Source of the DNA: the human T2T-CHM13v2.0 reference genome, Homo sapiens
DNA length: 64,000 nt
Strand: one strand, 5' to 3'
Assembly (NCBI RefSeq): GCF_009914755.1
Contig: NC_060934.1
Under the pieces are notes generated by a model. It made no database searches, was not told where the DNA came from, and saw only the letters and a list, made by a program, of their open reading frames with translations. The position numbers and the translations under genes are program-made. Shown one piece after another: positions 60,700-64,000 of the stretch. Within the stretch, counting starts at the first letter, position 1. Each line of letters opens with the position of its first letter.

Positions 60700-61243
60700 T
60701 AGTAGTCCCCCGTTACCTACTTTCTGTGGTTTCAGCTATCCATAGTATAGTATAATAAGATATTGTATTATTGTTAGTCTCTTACTGTGCCTAATTTATA
60801 AAATAAAATTAATAATAGGTATGTATATACAGTCATGTGTTGCTTAACGACAGGAGAATGTTCTGAGAAATATGTGTCGTTGCCATTTCATTGTGTGAAC
60901 GTCCTAGAATATACTTAAACAAACCTAGATGGTCTAGCCTATTGTTCCTAGGTTACAAGTCTGTACGGCATATTACTGTACTGGAGACTGTAGGCAATTG
61001 TAACACAATGATACGTATTTGTGTATCTAAACATATCTAAATATAGAAAAGGTACCCTAAAAATGTGGTACTATAATCTTATGAGACTGCCTTCGTATAT
61101 GTGGTTCATCATTGACCAAAGCATTAAGCAACACATGACTGTAGGGAAAACTATAGTATATATAGGGTTTGGTGTTATCTGAGATTTCAGACATCCACAG
61201 GGAGGTCTTGGAATACATCCCCCACAGATGAGACGGGCTACTA
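60700..61243. mobile_element. MER44-like Tigger MITE split by a nested Tigger3a-like element
   Basis: agtagtcccccg...ctgtgcctaatttataaa on the left; atagggtttggtgttatc...ggtcttggaatacatccccc...ctacta on the right. Confidence 0.75.
60830..61141. mobile_element. Tigger3a-like TcMar MITE
   Basis: Terminal inverted repeats cagtcatgtgttgcttaa / ttaagcaacacatgactg, flanked by TA on both sides. Confidence 0.85.
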
Positions 61244-61249
61244 TGCCAT

Positions 61250-62900
61250 TTTGTGTTATTTTTTAGTGGTTCCTGTGGAGAGTACAATGTGAGTCTTTGG
61301 GTTTTTGCAGTCTACTTTCAAACAATATCATATTACTTCCTGGATAATGTAGACGTTACACACTGGAATTCCATTCACCTGTCTCTCACCATTTTGCTCT
61401 TGTTGTCTTCTATTTTACTTCTACATATGCTATGAGATTCGTGACATATGCTCAGAAAAAGTCTTTTATATTTACCCAAGTATTTACTCTTATTGGAGTT
61501 CTTTTTTCCTTCTTGCAAATCTCATTTCCATTGAGTGTCATTCCTCTTCAGTTAAAGAACTGGTTTCAGCATTTCTAGTACCTCTGGGTAGTTCTGTAGG
61601 AGGTAAATTCTTGCAGCTTTTATCTGTCTGAAACATTTATTTATTTCACCATCATGTTTGAATGATATATTCACTGGATATTGAATTTTAGTTTGACAAT
61701 TTCTTTGTCTTCTTTCTGTATTTAAAGCTGTATTTTTTTGGTTTTTATGGGTGTTTTTTTTTTTGCTTCTTCATGCATCTTGGAATTTTTGATTGTGTCA
61801 AGTATTTGATGTAAAAGTACTGTAGAGAATGAAGTAGGGGAGCAGTTGTTTTGGCTTTTTTGGTTTTGAATAAAGTTTTACTTTTGTTTCAGGTGTCCAG
61901 AATGGAAGGGTTAAGTCAATCTGATCTTCAGTTGGACTGTGTACGGCTTTTTAAGCTTCAGTTTAATTCAGATGTCTTTAGGCTGGAGTTAGGATTCTCC
62001 TTTCAGCATCACTTAAGCTCCAAATGCTGGCGAGTTTCCAGAGATCTCTTTCTGCTTTTCAGCTGAGCCACAGGGAGGTTTTCCTGTGCTTTATAGCACC
62101 ACTGCTTTTTGGGTCTCTGGCAAGTTCCGTATATTCTCCAGTCATGCTCCTGGCTTTCTGAACCTTGAGAGAGTTCTCTCTGCCCTGCTGCATAGACTAA
62201 ACCTTACAAATGTAGTTGCCTTACACCCTTTGAAGATTCTGAATGCGTCAGAATATTTTCTCTCAGCCCTTCTGTGCCTCTCTTCCACTCTAACTTTTGG
62301 TGGCTGAAATGCCAGAATGCCTCAGATAGGTTTCCATCAGCTTTTCTGCCCCCGACCTCCACCCTCAAACCTATACTATACCCAAGATCTCAGAGCACTT
62401 AGCACGGACTTCCTTTAGTTCTGCTGCCTTGCAACCCTCCTTAAGAGAGCTGGCTTAAAATTGGGAAAGGTCTCACATGACCCAGGGGGCATCTCTCTTA
62501 GCTCTTTTACCATGCTCTGAGCACTCAATGATGAACTATAGGAAAAAGCATTGGCTGGTTGACCCTATTACCTCACTCTGGCTCAGGCTCCTTGAGATCC
62601 TAATCTATTGTGCCAGGTCTAATGCAGCCCTTAAAAGTTTGCCAGAAGTTTGGCTGGTTTCTTCTTACTTAGATCTGTGGAGGTTTCCCCCACTCCACCA
62701 CGAATGAGAACAGCTGTGGCTCTCTTCTCTTTAAGAAAAAGGTTCATGATGTTCTGGAATGTAGTTTCTTTAGGTGTCTTTGTGTCATCAGCTTTCTGAT
62801 AGGTTTTCAAAACTATGATTTTGTGGCTTCTCCAGCTTGTATTTGTTAAGGTGCAAACAATAAGTCTATTGTGATTTTCTATATCCTTTGGGAAGCAGAA
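61250..62900 (-). mobile_element. Probable old L1 5'/ORF1-region fragments, antisense
   Basis: aaattcttgcagcttttatctgtctgaaacatttat...ttcactggatattgaattttag antisense L1-like motifs. Confidence 0.5.
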
Positions 62901-64000
62901 GTCCTGTGTTATTCTTTACATAGCCCTGCCTCTTCTGCTTCTCTGAACAAACCGTTTCTAGGAGGCGCTTCTGCCAGCAACCAGCTTAAACCTGTTCTCA
63001 CGTTTGTTGTTTCAAACAAAGGAAATAGATTTTGTGCTTCTGAATAAGTCCCTCATCTTTACGAAGTGTATTTTGGCTGGTGCTTCTCAAGCTTATCTAT
63101 TGCTGAGCACTCTTTATTTTTCATGCTCTTTGTCACCTTCACCAAGTGGCTTGTGCATGATCTCATTGGCTTTTGGATACCTCTCCACATATTTTGGAGT
63201 CTGTGAATAATATCTATTTTATAGTTTTGCCAGAAATAGAGAATTCAGGGTATATTTGTTCTTGTTTTTCATCCATCTATTCTATTCAAGGGGGTAGGAG
63301 AGACAAAAGTGATGACTTCAAGGGAACCTGTTAACTTATGAAGCTGTGTTCATATTGTGAGTCCCACTTAATATGACAACCAAGTATGCATTTTTATTTC
63401 CTCTAAGCAGATGTGTAGACTGGGTCTAAGAATGGTTAGACACCCTTTCTGCACCCACGCAGGTAATAAATAGCAAAACTGGAATTTGAATTATTGTTTA
63501 ATTCATACTACTAAATCATGTGCTGATAATGAAGTGCGTTATCTTTGAAGTTTTTATGTTTTTTACTGTCTGAATTCTTCAGAGTTCGGGATAAAATATA
63601 CAAGTACTTTCTCCTGTAGGGACAGAGCCAAAGGGTGAATGGGAACGTAAATCCTCAGAAAACACTGATGGCTCAAAGCAGAGAAAATCAAGCTCAGATG
63701 CAAGCAAATAATGTCAAAAGCAAAAAGACCAAAATTGGGAGACAAACGTGAGTCACAAGAGCCAAGAAGAACTGGAATAGAGTAGCCATCTGGTCTTTTT
63801 AGTCAGGAGAGGTTGGGTCATAACTGGGATTGGGTCTAAAGTGACTGTGTTGGACATGAGTATTTGAGGCCACATTAAAATAAAGAGCTCAGAGGCAAAC
63901 ACAGTTTTGTATGCTAGAGGATAAACTTGCTGGCATTCTCAATAATAATTGTTATAATCAGAGTAGTTGTTTTTAATTCCTAGTATGTGCTAAGCACTAT

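Overview
Primate (human-like) genomic DNA at the head-to-head ZDHHC6 / VTI1A locus. The minus strand carries the 5' end of ZDHHC6, a DHHC palmitoyltransferase: the start codon is at 103 and reads MGTFCSVIKFENLQELKRLCHWGP..., preceded by a 5'UTR split by an intron. A CpG-island bidirectional promoter lies at ~1400-2330. The plus strand carries VTI1A (Qb-SNARE) coding exons 1-3 (2041-2134, 15262-15320, 19293-19403; codons 1-88). The remaining ~44.6 kb is the start of the long VTI1A intron 3. It is filled with Alu, MIR, L1, L2, LTR and DNA-transposon relics, with a few repeat-free, motif-rich blocks that look like enhancers. There is no prokaryotic-type system, CRISPR array or recognisable RNA gene, and almost all listed ORFs are repeat-derived or chance. 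Best leads: (1) a predicted VTI1A exon 2-3 circRNA with a junction-spanning 94-aa ORF; (2) a ZDHHC6 leader dense in uORFs, one overlapping the start codon; (3) an inverted ETS pair between the two genes; (4) a palindromic AT-rich minisatellite that flips orientation internally; (5) candidate enhancer and CTCF elements in intron 3. Repeat subfamily names and boundaries are by eye and approximate.
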